Positions 42,059-52,538 of a stretch of DNA of 64,000 nt are shown here, in pieces. A program made the position numbers and the translations under genes. Under the pieces are notes generated by a model, which worked only from the letters and a program-made list of their open reading frames with translations, had not been told where the DNA came from and ran no database searches. The stretch spans positions 32,001 through 96,000 of the forward strand of contig CAYUTF010000001.1 in NCBI GenBank assembly GCA_964447495.1, written 5' to 3'. Numbering within the stretch: position 1 is the stretch's first letter; the number at the start of each line of letters is the position of its first letter. Source of the stretch: an uncultured archaeon. Lineage in GTDB: Archaea > Asgardarchaeota > Lokiarchaeia > Sigyniarchaeales > SOKP01.

Positions 42059-42742
42059 ATGTCAGATAAAAATACTTTAAATGTGATTGATGGGACTTTA
42101 AGGTCAGTAGAAAAAAACTTCAAAGAATTTATCGAAGTTTTAGAGTCTGCTAAGAATGAATTAATAGCATTGGAAAATGATAAAGGGCAATTGAGTCATG
42201 ACAAAGAATTACTTGAATACGAGAAGGGACAACTTCAAGAAGCAACGAAAATGTTAGAGAAGGAAAAAGACAAACTTGAAAGAGATAAAGAATTATTAGA
42301 AACGGAAAAATTAAAACTAGAGAAAGAAAAAGAGGAAAAAGAGCAAAAAATTGGCACTATGACTGAAGAACAGACACGATTGCTAAAAGAATATGAAAAA
42401 GTTAAGGTGGAATTATCAAAATTTGCAAAATTAGCAGAAGAAGCTGAATCACAGGAACTAAATTTTGACAAGATACAAGCATTACTTTCAATTTTTCGGG
42501 TACTTGTAGAGAAGATTTGGCAAGGTCAGCCTCACTATAAGGTTTTAAAAGTCCTTCATGGTGCAAAGGAAGTTATGACAAGAGAAGAATTGAAAAATAC
42601 CACAGGTATTGGTGGAGCTTATATTTTAAGAGCTGTGCAAGAACTAGCAAATGTTAATTTAGTAGAACATGATATTGATACTGGAACTGTCACTTTGAGG
42701 CAACGATTATATGCGAAGGAAGTATTGGATGATAATATGTAA
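42059..42742 (+). CDS. Coiled-coil protein with C-terminal winged helix; apparent target gene of the adjacent element
   Basis: Heptad repeats LENDKGQ/LSHDKEL/LEYEKGQ/LERDKEL; C-terminal MTREELKNTTGIGGAYILRAVQELAN HTH. Confidence 0.85.
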   Translation: MSDKNTLNVIDGTLRSVEKNFKEFIEVLESAKNELIALENDKGQLSHDKELLEYEKGQLQEATKMLEKEKDKLERDKELLETEKLKLEKEKEEKEQKIGTMTEEQTRLLKEYEKVKVELSKFAKLAEEAESQELNFDKIQALLSIFRVLVEKIWQGQPHYKVLKVLHGAKEVMTREELKNTTGIGGAYILRAVQELANVNLVEHDIDTGTVTLRQRLYAKEVLDDNM

Positions 42743-45028
42743 TTAATAATTTATTAAATATTCACCATCAACAAATCTTATTTGTTTAGCTCTTATTAAT
42801 TCTTCTACAAACTCGAGTAATGTAAATTCTAATGTCTTATGATCACTTTCTGAATATAAGATAAGTAAATTTTCTATTCTATTATCAGATGGATCAAAAT
42901 TTTTATGATGAATTATGATATCTGAAATTAAAAATCCATTTTTATCAAGACATTTTTTGGTTAACTCCGAACTCTTTTGAGATTTTAAAAATTCTTCTAT
43001 AAGATACTGATGCTCTAATATCCACCCATTGTTTCTTATGGCTGTTGGATTTGAATAATTTTTTGGTTTAATAAATATACGTCCTTTCTTGTTTATATAA
43101 CGCTTAAATCCCCATTCCCTACCTCTTGAAACTTCTAAGCGTCTACGCCATGCTCTAGCCTTATCTTTTGTGATTCTACACAATTCTCCAAGCCGAGAAT
43201 CACTTAAATTAAATCTTTTATCGTTAACTAAACGGTTTAACCATCCTCTATGCTTGTACAAAGGATTTTTTTTTGAACAATCTGAATAAGGATCTAAATG
43301 TATATCTATGAATGGTGAAAATTGGTTTTGCCTGTATTTAACTATCCAATTTGAATAAAGTTTTTCCCAATTAATTTTTTTTATTTCTTCTTTAACATTA
43401 TTGATATCCTCATAAAAAATCTCTCCTCTAGGCTTTAGGATCTCTTCAATTTTTTTATTGCCTATATGAGATATATTAAAATCCTTTCTTAGAACATATT
43501 TAGCATTTTTAAACATAATTTTGGATAGTTTTATGAGGTCACTAAAACATTTATATAAGCTCTCAAGAGATTTATAGTGCTCTTTTTGACTTTCAAAAAG
43601 CCATAAGTTTTCTATTCTATTATCTAATTTATTAAAGTTTATATGATGAACTATACAGTCAGTTTTTAGATATTTTCCATCAATCATGCAATTTTTAGAG
43701 ATTTCCAATTGGGGATTTTTTGAAAGATATTCTTCCATTATTACTTGATGTTTTCTCCGTATAAACCTTCCTTCTCCACGATTAAGAGGGGTAATTTCGG
43801 GATGAAAATACTGCTTGGGAGTATAAACGCAAAGGTACCCATGTTTATCAAGCCATTCTTTCCCTGTATCCTCCCGTTTAGGTAGTTTATGCTTTTTTGC
43901 CCAATATATTATTGTCCCTTTATCTACGTTACATATTTTTGCTATTTGTCTATAGCTTAATTCCTGATCTTCATAAAGGAATCTTAACCATTCGCTATGC
44001 CTATATAATGGATTTTGATCCTTAGAGCATTCTTTCTTTGGATTTAATAACAATCTAGTAATTGGTTCAGAAGATCTCGCTTGATATTCAATTATCCAAT
44101 CCGAGGAAATCCTTTCCCATTGAATATTCCTAAGACTTTCTTTTATCTTAATAAATTCTGAATCTTTATCATCAACAAGTTGATTTAAATCTTTAAAGTT
44201 TAAATTTTGACAAATTCCCGCATCTAAGAATTCACGATAAGCTGAAAAAAGCTCAAAAGCAGAAACCTTAATTGAAATTTCTGCTGGAGAATTGCCTACT
44301 AATAGTAGGCAAGTCTTTGCTTGAAGGAATTTGTCATATTCTTTCTTTTTTGCTATAATAGATGCTTTATCTTCATCATTTTCAGTAGGGTTATTGTTTT
44401 TAATATTTAGCCTTATAGATTTTAAAAACTCTTCCAACCAATGTTTAATTAAATCTTTATCTTTTTGAGTAAAAGGTTTTACTTCTTCTATATTGTAAAA
44501 GTTTTCGGAAATATCATATAACTTCTTTAAAAACTCAATATATTCCATTTCAATTTTTTTAAAACCAAGTATGATCAACTTATCTCTCTTTTTTAAGGAC
44601 GTATCAGTACTGATTAATTTTTATTGCTTTTTTGTGAGAGATTTAATATAAGCTCTAGATAAAGAATCTAAATACTTGTGAACCATATCAGCCCCTCTCC
44701 CTATCGGAGAACAGTATAACCACTTGTGGAACAGGGATGTATATATCCCAGAACTCGATTCTTTAATCAAATTTAGCAGATCTATTGGAGGTAAAACTGA
44801 AACATCAAATAAACAAGCCTTTACCGATTGAAGGAAATCACCAATAAATTCATCAACAAAAACTAAGTGAATTTTATGTTCTATACATTTAGGATATTTT
44901 CGGATACCGAATAACCCAAATTTCAATGGTTTTAACTTTACTACGGTGAGACATCCATATTCTGGACAAACTGCCACTCTATCTCCCTTTAATCCTTTTC
45001 GTGTTGCTTGAATAGCCTTATCTATCAT
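42743..45028 (-). pseudogene. Putative Zn-binding N-domain + tandem (HTH-HNH)x2 endonuclease, about 761 codons, broken by one in-frame TAA at 44621-23 (track ORFs 44621-45028 and 42743-44578)
   Basis: Both ORFs share a frame and the 14 codons between them are open (KKQ*KLISTDTSLKKRDKLIILGF); HNH motifs VHHINFNKLDNRIENL and IHHKNFDPSDNRIENL; N-terminal CPEYGC...C..H. Confidence 0.75.
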
Positions 45029-45633
45029 TTTCTAACTATCACCTTACTCTTCTTAAGATGAATCTGTTCTTTGTCTATACCAAGGCATAATCTTGCATAT
45101 TCTTGGTCTAATTGTTGATAATTCAACTTAATTTGCTTTATAAAACCTGGTATAACCTCATTTATTTTTTCTTCATCTTGATATAAACGAGTTAATGTAT
45201 TAAGTACTAATTTTAATAATTGAGGCCTCTCGTGAATTTCTAAACCAGAAAGTATATGCAATATCTGCCACAATCTAATTTTATTTCTTAAGAAATCGTT
45301 GAATAGTTTAGCTTCTAAACAGCTTGGGGATGATTTCGCCTTTTCTGCAATTAATATAATTTTTAATTTAATATCTTCATTTTGTCCAATAGTATTTTTT
45401 AAATATTTAGAATATTCCTGGATTCGTAAATTCAGTTCCACTTCCCATTTATGAATTGAATTTATAGAAGAGAGATTTGGAGTTTCATTATAATCACTGC
45501 ATATTGCACGAATCGTTGCCTTTCTATTATTTAAATAGGTTTGCAAGTGACGAGAAAGCTCAGTTATCCTATTCTGAGTAATTTCAAGAATTTTATCAAA
45601 ATAATTGGGTTCTTCCTCATAAAATTGTTCCAT
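45025..45633 (-). CDS. Hypothetical helical protein (202 aa), first gene of the HNH cassette
   Basis: ATG-started ORF overlapping the next gene by 4 nt (ATGA), suggesting translational coupling. Confidence 0.7.
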   Translation of the reverse strand: MEQFYEEEPNYFDKILEITQNRITELSRHLQTYLNNRKATIRAICSDYNETPNLSSINSIHKWEVELNLRIQEYSKYLKNTIGQNEDIKLKIILIAEKAKSSPSCLEAKLFNDFLRNKIRLWQILHILSGLEIHERPQLLKLVLNTLTRLYQDEEKINEVIPGFIKQIKLNYQQLDQEYARLCLGIDKEQIHLKKSKVIVRK

Positions 45634-45747
45634 TTTAAATCATCTTGAAAATATTTAATTTAACTTTTTATTCTTAAATATTCATTTAGCTACTTATTTA
45701 TAAATAAAAAATACTTTAATCGTACAGAAAAATACTACAAAAATGCC

Positions 45748-45942
45748 TTGCATGGTGATAAAGAAGAGATGACTCGCGATCAAATTAAAAATACGACTGG
45801 AATATCTGGAGCAATGGTTTTAAGAGCTGTTCACGAATTGGTCAAGATTGATGTATTAGAATATGACGAAGAGCGATCTCTTGTTAAGCTGAAAAAGAGA
45901 TTATTCGATAAAAAAGCATTAGAGAAAAAAGATAAAGAATAA
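45748..45942 (+). pseudogene. Orphan 3' fragment homologous to the C-terminal wHTH of 42059-42742
   Basis: LHGDKEEMTRDQIKNTTGISGAMVLRAVHEL vs LHGAKEVMTREELKNTTGIGGAYILRAVQEL; 30/58 identical, ungapped; no homology upstream of LHG. Confidence 0.8.
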
Positions 45943-45997
45943 ATTATTTTACCTTATTTAGTATAAATTGTATTTATTGCTTTAATATTACTAATTC

Positions 45998-46390
45998 ATG
46001 CAATGTTTTTCCTTTTTCTTTATATGTAACTCCATTATCCTCAATAACAATTTCGAAACTGGAGAGGAACTCTATAATATTTGGAAAGCATTGCCATTTA
46101 GTCCCAAAGAGACAATGAGTTGGTTTATTCCAATGTTCATGGAAGCGTTAGGAGGGATTTATGACTGGTCACAACCACATGCGAAACGAGTTCGTCAGAT
46201 TGCTGCATCTATAAAATCTTATATGCCAAAAGCTTTACCATTTATTATGACGTTCGTGTTTCCTCTTATCGCCAAAATTTTTGAGTATGATATTGATAAA
46301 ATAATGGATCCTCAGAAGTTAATGTCAGCAATACCTAAAATTATAGATTTACTCCCTAAAAAGAAAATAGTAAAGAAGAATGATTTATGA
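45998..46390 (+). pseudogene. Probable C-terminal remnant of a FixC-like flavoprotein gene
   Basis: Overlaps (ATGA) a FixX-like ferredoxin; no FAD-binding motif; first ~15 residues look non-coding; family assignment is from context. Confidence 0.4.
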
Positions 46391-46656
46391 ATATTAGAAT
46401 TGATGAGTTGATAAAACATATTCCAGGAACTGGTGATTTTATTTCAATTGATAATAATAAATGTAATAATTGTGGTAAATGTATTCTTGTTTGCCTGGTA
46501 AACTTATGGTATAGAGAAGATAATATGATTTTTATTTCTAAAGATTATAAAGATAAATGCTTAGAATGTGCTGCTTGCTATCAAGTTTGTGTTGCTGGTG
46601 CCATACATTTCCAGTATCCTGCCGGGGGTACAGGGATCATTTATAATAAAGGTTAA
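46387..46656 (+). CDS. FixX-like 2x[4Fe-4S] ferredoxin
   Basis: CNNCGKCILVC and CLECAACYQVC...FQYPAGGTGI.Y..G. Confidence 0.8.
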   Translation: MNIRIDELIKHIPGTGDFISIDNNKCNNCGKCILVCLVNLWYREDNMIFISKDYKDKCLECAACYQVCVAGAIHFQYPAGGTGIIYNKG

Positions 46657-46720
46657 AATATTTTTCACAAAAATTATTAAATATTTTAAAAGCAAATTCA
46701 ATTTATTAATTTAATTCACT

Positions 46721-47131
46721 TTGGAATCATCGGTGTATAACATGGAAAAAAGAATTTATTACAAATTTTTGTTTTTAATTGGTGGAATATGGAATATACT
46801 TGCTTCAAGTAGCCTAATTGTTATGTCTATATTTCTGGAGTCTATTTTTCCTATCTTCGGTATAACAATTCCTCCTAGTAAGATTTGGCTTCACAGTACA
46901 TTATTCTTAGTCGCTGTATTAGGTATTGGATATTTTATTGTTAGTAGGGATACTAGTAAGAATCATGAAATTGTGATTTTAGGGACTATCGCAAAGATCG
47001 GTTTTTTCCTCTTATGTTTAATATACTTTATATTAGGTGACATAGGAGTTCTTACTCTTATGGTTGCTGGCGTAGATATAGTTTTCGCTGCGCTCTATAT
47101 CGAATTTCTAATCTATTCTAAAAATCTATAA
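46721..47131 (+). CDS. Small 4-TM membrane protein
   Basis: FLIGGIWN, GIGY, K.GFF, GVD.VFA; likely start at ATG 46742. Confidence 0.7.
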   Translation: MESSVYNMEKRIYYKFLFLIGGIWNILASSSLIVMSIFLESIFPIFGITIPPSKIWLHSTLFLVAVLGIGYFIVSRDTSKNHEIVILGTIAKIGFFLLCLIYFILGDIGVLTLMVAGVDIVFAALYIEFLIYSKNL

Positions 47132-47399
47132 ATTACCCAATGACCCTTATCTCTTAGGTTTTATGATGTAATAAATCGGCCAAATAACAAATTGAACTTT
47201 TTTTTTTCTTATAAACTTTTTATTAGTGATTTTCCTTTTGCGCATGAAACCAATCTTTTTTGACAGAAAAGTATTAATAAAAAGGAAAAAAGTTAACTTA
47301 TTATTTAACTTATAGATAACAACTATCGGACTCCAAATTATTATTTAATTACTAAAAAATCATAATAAATATGAAAAATTTAGAAAAAGGGAAAAAAAC

Positions 47400-48203
47400 A
47401 TGGAATTAATTAATAACGAAAAATTAAAATCAAATTCAGAAGAAAAAGTTGAATCATATACAGAAAAAGCAATTATAGTTAAAAATCTTGAGAAAAGATT
47501 CGATGAGATTATTGCTGTTAATGATTTAAATCTTGAGATAAGAAAAGGAGAGCTTTTTGGGCTTTTAGGACCTAATGGTGCAGGTAAAACCACTACAATT
47601 AATATGCTAGTTGGATTATTAAAGCCAACAAAGGGTTCTATCATTATCGATGGTCTAAATATCAAGAATGAATTGCAAAAAATTAAACAATTAATTGGAC
47701 TATGTCCACAAGAACCTTCTGTCTTTAAATTCCTTAATGGAAGAGAAAATGTACAACTCTTTGGAAATCTTTATGAAATGGATAAAAAAGAAATGCAAGA
47801 ACGTATGGATAAGCTTTTTGAGATAACAGGGCTAGCAGAAGCAAGTAAAAGGAAAGCAAAAGGATATAGTGGGGGGATGTTACGTCAATTAAATCTTATC
47901 ATTGCTTTAATAAATGATCCAAAAATACTTTATCTTGACGAGCCTACAGTTGGAATGGATCCTCGAGCTCGTCGTAAATCTTGGGAATTTATTGGAGCGC
48001 TTAAAAATCAAAACAAAACAATTGTCTTAACAACTCACTATATTGAAGAAGCAGAGGTCTTATGTGATAGAGTCGGTATTATAGATTATGGAGAATTAAT
48101 AGCTCTTGGTTCTCCTAAAGAACTAATGAAACAACATCAAGCCAAGAATCTAGAAGAAGTATTTTTGAAAATAACCGGTAGAAGAATTTTGGAGGGGATG
48201 TAA
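47400..48203 (+). CDS. ABC-2 exporter ATP-binding protein
   Basis: GPNGAGKTT, YSGGM, LYLDEPT, TTHY. Confidence 0.92.
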   Translation: MELINNEKLKSNSEEKVESYTEKAIIVKNLEKRFDEIIAVNDLNLEIRKGELFGLLGPNGAGKTTTINMLVGLLKPTKGSIIIDGLNIKNELQKIKQLIGLCPQEPSVFKFLNGRENVQLFGNLYEMDKKEMQERMDKLFEITGLAEASKRKAKGYSGGMLRQLNLIIALINDPKILYLDEPTVGMDPRARRKSWEFIGALKNQNKTIVLTTHYIEEAEVLCDRVGIIDYGELIALGSPKELMKQHQAKNLEEVFLKITGRRILEGM

Positions 48204-48206
48204 AAG

Positions 48207-48932
48207 ATGATACAAAGAGTATTTGCATTAATTAACATGCAATTAAAAAAAGTGATTCGAGAACCTGCGAACTTATTTCTCAATTTACTTTTTCCAGCAG
48301 TGTTAGCATTAGTGTTTGGATTGAGTTTTGCGGGAATTGGATTTGAAATGTTTGCTCCTGGTCTTTATGCATATGCTTGTATTTTTATAATTATGACCGT
48401 AGCTCAATCCTTTACTGATGATAGAGAGTTGGGATTACTTAAAAGAATAAATGTTACACCTACTACTTCTGGGCAATTTATAGGAAGTCATATTGTTTCA
48501 AATTTAATCCTTTCAATTATCCAAGTTATCATAGTTTTCATTTGCTCTATTTTGATAGGGTATCGCCCTCTTGGAGGAATTTATGGAATACTATTGGCAT
48601 TTGTTTTTATTATGCTCTTATCTATATGCTCTGTAGGACTTGGTTTAATTACAGCGTCAATATCAAAATCAGCTGGTGTTGCAACAGGACTATCATTTAT
48701 TTTCATCTTACCTCAAATGTTTTTTGGTACCTTCATACCTCTTACTCCTACAACTGAGGTAATTGCTGCGTTTCTTCCAAGTTATTACGTAACTAGTGCA
48801 ATAGAATCAATATTTGGTGGCGCTGCTATTTTTAACTTGGAAATAATAAGTAAACTAGGAATAGTCGCACTAATGGCAGTAATTATAATCATATTAGGAG
48901 TAGTAATCTTCAAAAAATATGGTAAAAAGTAA
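48207..48932 (+). CDS. ABC-2 type permease
   Basis: DRELGLLKRI.VTP, about 6 TM segments, LPSYY; follows the ATPase. Confidence 0.88.
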   Translation: MIQRVFALINMQLKKVIREPANLFLNLLFPAVLALVFGLSFAGIGFEMFAPGLYAYACIFIIMTVAQSFTDDRELGLLKRINVTPTTSGQFIGSHIVSNLILSIIQVIIVFICSILIGYRPLGGIYGILLAFVFIMLLSICSVGLGLITASISKSAGVATGLSFIFILPQMFFGTFIPLTPTTEVIAAFLPSYYVTSAIESIFGGAAIFNLEIISKLGIVALMAVIIIILGVVIFKKYGKK

Positions 48933-49004
48933 CAAATTTTTGTAAGAAAAATATTCTTTTTTTCTTTTTTAATTAAAAAATAGAGATATGATAACTTTAA
49001 AGCC

Positions 49005-49898
49005 TTATATTTGGATTTTAAGTTTGGATTTTAATTCTTTAGCTCGGGAACGGAGAGTAACTTCTGTAATTCCAACTGTTTCGGCGATTTTTTGTTGTGT
49101 AAGGTCCAATCCTTTAATTTTACATGCTATATAAAGTGCTCCAGCAACAATTCCTTTTGGATCTTTTCCGCTGCTTGAGACGAATTTAGAGATATAAGCT
49201 TTGACGATTTTAGTAGTTAAATTCAAAATTTCATTATTCAAGCCTAAATCAACAATAAATCTTGGAATCAACGATATGGGATTAGTATTAGGCGCTTTCA
49301 GATTTAATTCATGCAAAATGACACGATAGCACCTGCGAACATCTTTTGGATTCTCTGACGATTCCTCTAAAACTTCTTGCATAGTACGCGAGAGTGTAAA
49401 TTTTCTTATCGCATAGTATAAACAAGCAGCAACCATGGAATTGATAGATCTTCCCCGAAGTAGATTTCTCTTATGGATTTCTCGATAAATACGCATTGCT
49501 TCCTCTTTCACATGATTGGGTAAGTTTAATTTGCTGCCTATTCTTTTTAATTCAGTAGTAGCGATTAATATATTCCTTTTTTCCCAATTCATTCTTGTGT
49601 TCCATTTGGCTGCTCTTTTCAAATCAGGGTTATTTATTTTGCTTTTATCAATTGTAGTGGTCAAACCAATATCTGGTAATAATACAGAGATTGGAGCGCC
49701 AGTTCGTTCTCTACTATTCCTTTCATCATTAGTATAAGCTCTCCTTCCATTATGTGTAAAATCAACTCGCTTTTCATCGATTACCAATCCACACTCATTA
49801 CAAATAATATCTCCTGTTTCTATTAGAGATATTATACTGCCTCCACATTCAGGACAGAGATTTGAAATGGTTTTTAAATTATTTACTTTTGCATCCAC
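49005..49898 (-). CDS. tfb: Transcription initiation factor IIB (TFB) paralog
   Basis: CPECGG...CNECGLV Zn ribbon, GRSINSMVAACLY, GKDPKGIVAGALY, TQQKIAETVGITEVTLR; GTG at 49898 with AGGAGTGA upstream preferred over 49931. Confidence 0.92.
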   Translation of the reverse strand: MDAKVNNLKTISNLCPECGGSIISLIETGDIICNECGLVIDEKRVDFTHNGRRAYTNDERNSRERTGAPISVLLPDIGLTTTIDKSKINNPDLKRAAKWNTRMNWEKRNILIATTELKRIGSKLNLPNHVKEEAMRIYREIHKRNLLRGRSINSMVAACLYYAIRKFTLSRTMQEVLEESSENPKDVRRCYRVILHELNLKAPNTNPISLIPRFIVDLGLNNEILNLTTKIVKAYISKFVSSSGKDPKGIVAGALYIACKIKGLDLTQQKIAETVGITEVTLRSRAKELKSKLKIQI

Positions 49899-49899
49899 G

Positions 49900-52512
49900 T
49901 TAATCACTCCTCTTTGTTCCAGTTTTTTCAAAACTTAAATTTCCAGTTTTATCTACATCAACTTTTATTAGATCCTCATCCCCAAATTCTCCCTCTAAAA
50001 GTTTAAGCGATAAAGGATTTTGAATATATTGTTGAATGGCTCTTTTCAATGGTCTTGCTCCATAATCTGGATCAAAACCATTTTTGGCAAGCAACTCTTT
50101 CGCGGATTCTGTCAATTCTATCTTAATGTTATGTTCAACTAATATTTTATTTAGGTTTCTAATTTGGATATCAACGATCTTTTTAATCTGTTCTTCATCT
50201 AAGAAATTAAATACTACTATTTCATCAACTCGATTGAGAAATTCAGGTCTGAAGTAGCTTTTAAGAGTTTTCAGTATCTCTTCTTTATGTTTGGTTTGAT
50301 CTTTTTGACGAGAATCTAAAATATATTGACTTCCGACATTACTTGTCATAATAATTATTGAGTTTTTAAAATCAACTGTTCTTCCATGACCATCAGTTAA
50401 TCTTCCATCATCCATGATTTGGAGCAGAATGTTAAAGACATCGGGATGTGCTTTCTCTATTTCATCAAATAATATTACTGAATAAGGTCTTCTCCGAATA
50501 GCTTCTGTTAAATAACCACCCTCATCATAACCAACATATCCGGGAGGTGCGCCTATTAATCTAGCTACACTATGCTTTTCCATATATTCAGACATATCAA
50601 TCCTTATCATCGCATTTTCATCGTCAAAAAGAAATTCAGCTAAAGCTTTTGCGGTCTCTGTTTTTCCTACTCCAGTTGGTCCCATAAATATAAACGTACC
50701 AATTGGGCGATTTGGGTCTTGAATTCCAGCTCTTGCTCTTCTAATAGCATTGGATATTATCTTTAAAGCTTCATCTTGACCAACTACCCTTTTCTTAAGG
50801 CGTCCTTCCATTTTTAGCAGCTTTTCGCGTTCTCCTTCCAACATTCGTGATACAGGAATCCCTGTCCATTGAGATACTATTTTTGCTATATCCTCTGAAT
50901 CAACTTCTTGTTTCAACATTGTTTTATTCTCTTGAATTTCTGCTAGTTCCGCATTATATTGCTCTAAATCTTTCTTTTGTTGATTTAACACACCATATGT
51001 TAATTCTGCAGCTTTTCCAAGATCTCCCCGCTTTTCTGCTTTTTCTGCTTCTATCCTTGTCTCTTCCATCTTTTTTTTAATATCATTAATTTTTTGAATT
51101 AAATTCTTCTCATTATTCCATTGAATCTTTAATTTATCACTTTCTTCTTTGAGATTCTCTAATTCTTCATCTATTTTTTTAATCTTCTCTTCACAAGATT
51201 TATCGTTTTCTTTCTTTAATGCTTCTTTTTGAATTTCTAGCTGTATTCTCTTTCTTTCAATTTCATCAATTTCAGTTGGCATACTGTCTATTTCTATTCT
51301 TAATCGTGAAGCTGCTTCATCCATCAAATCTATAGCTTTGTCTGGTAAAAACCTATCAGCTATATATCTATGAGACAGTGTTACTGCACTGATAATTGCG
51401 GAATCTGTTATCCTTACTCCATGATGGATTTCATATTTTTCTTTTAAACCCCTTAAAATCGCAATTGAATCTTCAACAGATGGTTCCTCAACCAATACCG
51501 TTTGAAATCGTCTTGTTAATGCAGCATCTTTTTCAATATATTTTCGATATTCATCAAGTGTGGTTGCACCTACAGCTCTCAGTTCACCTCTCGCTAATGC
51601 TGGCTTTAACATGTTAGATGCGTCAATTGCACCTTGAGCGGCTCCAGCACCCACTAACGTATGTAATTCATCGATAAAAAGGATATATTTTCCAGCTCCT
51701 TTCTCAACTTCTTTAATAAATGCCTTTAATCTATCTTCAAATTCACCACGATATTTAGCTCCAGCAATTAATGCTGCTAAATCCATAGCAATAATTTCTT
51801 TATTTTTCAGTGATTCGGGCACATCGTTATTAGCAATTCTTTGTGCAAGACCCTCAACTATTGCAGTTTTGCCTACACCAGCTTCCCCTATTAACACAGG
51901 ATTATTCTTTGTCCTTCTTGATAAGATATGCATTACTCGCCTAATCTCATCATCTCTTCCAATAACAGGGTCGATTTTGCCTCTTTTTGCTAAATCTGTA
52001 AGATTTCGACTATATTTCTCTATTGCTCGATATTTTCCTTCTGGATCTTGATCTGTAACATTTTGACTTCCACGAATGCTCGTAAGAGCTTGCATTATCC
52101 TTTCACTGGTTATCCCAAAACGTTTTAATATTGCATATTCCGATAAAGTTTCCATTTTCGAAATTGCTAACAATAAATGCTCTGTGCTCAAAAACTGATC
52201 TTTTAACAACTCTGCTTCTTTCCACGCCATATCAAATAATTTAGCAGTATTTGATGACATTGAAACATCAGTTGCTCCAGATCCAGTCACCTTTGGTAAT
52301 TTTTCAAGATCCCTTTTCAAATCAAATAATAATTTGTCAATATTTACACCTAATTTCTGAAAAAGCGGTTTGGTAATTCCATCCTCTTGTTCTATTAAAC
52401 TTAATAATAAATGTACTGGCTCAATCTGCTGATTATCATTAGTTTGCGCTAATGACTTTGCAGACATTATTGCTTCTTGAACTTTAATTGTAAATTTATC
52501 AAATTTCATCAT
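49900..52512 (-). CDS. clpB: ATP-dependent chaperone ClpB
   Basis: Two AAA+ modules ([16 protein letters not shown]), coiled-coil M domain, [19 protein letters not shown]. Confidence 0.95.
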   Translation of the reverse strand: MMKFDKFTIKVQEAIMSAKSLAQTNDNQQIEPVHLLLSLIEQEDGITKPLFQKLGVNIDKLLFDLKRDLEKLPKVTGSGATDVSMSSNTAKLFDMAWKEAELLKDQFLSTEHLLLAISKMETLSEYAILKRFGITSERIMQALTSIRGSQNVTDQDPEGKYRAIEKYSRNLTDLAKRGKIDPVIGRDDEIRRVMHILSRRTKNNPVLIGEAGVGKTAIVEGLAQRIANNDVPESLKNKEIIAMDLAALIAGAKYRGEFEDRLKAFIKEVEKGAGKYILFIDELHTLVGAGAAQGAIDASNMLKPALARGELRAVGATTLDEYRKYIEKDAALTRRFQTVLVEEPSVEDSIAILRGLKEKYEIHHGVRITDSAIISAVTLSHRYIADRFLPDKAIDLMDEAASRLRIEIDSMPTEIDEIERKRIQLEIQKEALKKENDKSCEEKIKKIDEELENLKEESDKLKIQWNNEKNLIQKINDIKKKMEETRIEAEKAEKRGDLGKAAELTYGVLNQQKKDLEQYNAELAEIQENKTMLKQEVDSEDIAKIVSQWTGIPVSRMLEGEREKLLKMEGRLKKRVVGQDEALKIISNAIRRARAGIQDPNRPIGTFIFMGPTGVGKTETAKALAEFLFDDENAMIRIDMSEYMEKHSVARLIGAPPGYVGYDEGGYLTEAIRRRPYSVILFDEIEKAHPDVFNILLQIMDDGRLTDGHGRTVDFKNSIIIMTSNVGSQYILDSRQKDQTKHKEEILKTLKSYFRPEFLNRVDEIVVFNFLDEEQIKKIVDIQIRNLNKILVEHNIKIELTESAKELLAKNGFDPDYGARPLKRAIQQYIQNPLSLKLLEGEFGDEDLIKVDVDKTGNLSFEKTGTKRSD

Positions 52513-52538
52513 ACTCTTATCTCCCTCCTATATTATTC

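Larger units (their letters stand above)
42554..45747. mobile_element. Putative HNH-nuclease insertion element carrying a replacement 3' end of its target gene
   Basis: Bounded by homologous LHG codons (shared CATGGTG at 42557-63 and 45751-57); contains two antisense genes including an HNH nuclease; no integrase or transposase recognised. Confidence 0.6.

Noticed and set aside
42160-42345. 21-nt periodic sequence as possible tandem repeat or CRISPR
   Set aside because: It is degenerate heptad coding in a coiled coil; no identical repeats with spacers. No CRISPR array was seen anywhere in the window.
42743-45633. Cas9/IscB/TnpB-type RNA-guided nuclease or IS transposase
   Set aside because: No RuvC motifs, no adjacent structured RNA or array, no DDE, tyrosine or serine recombinase motif, and no terminal inverted repeats recognised.
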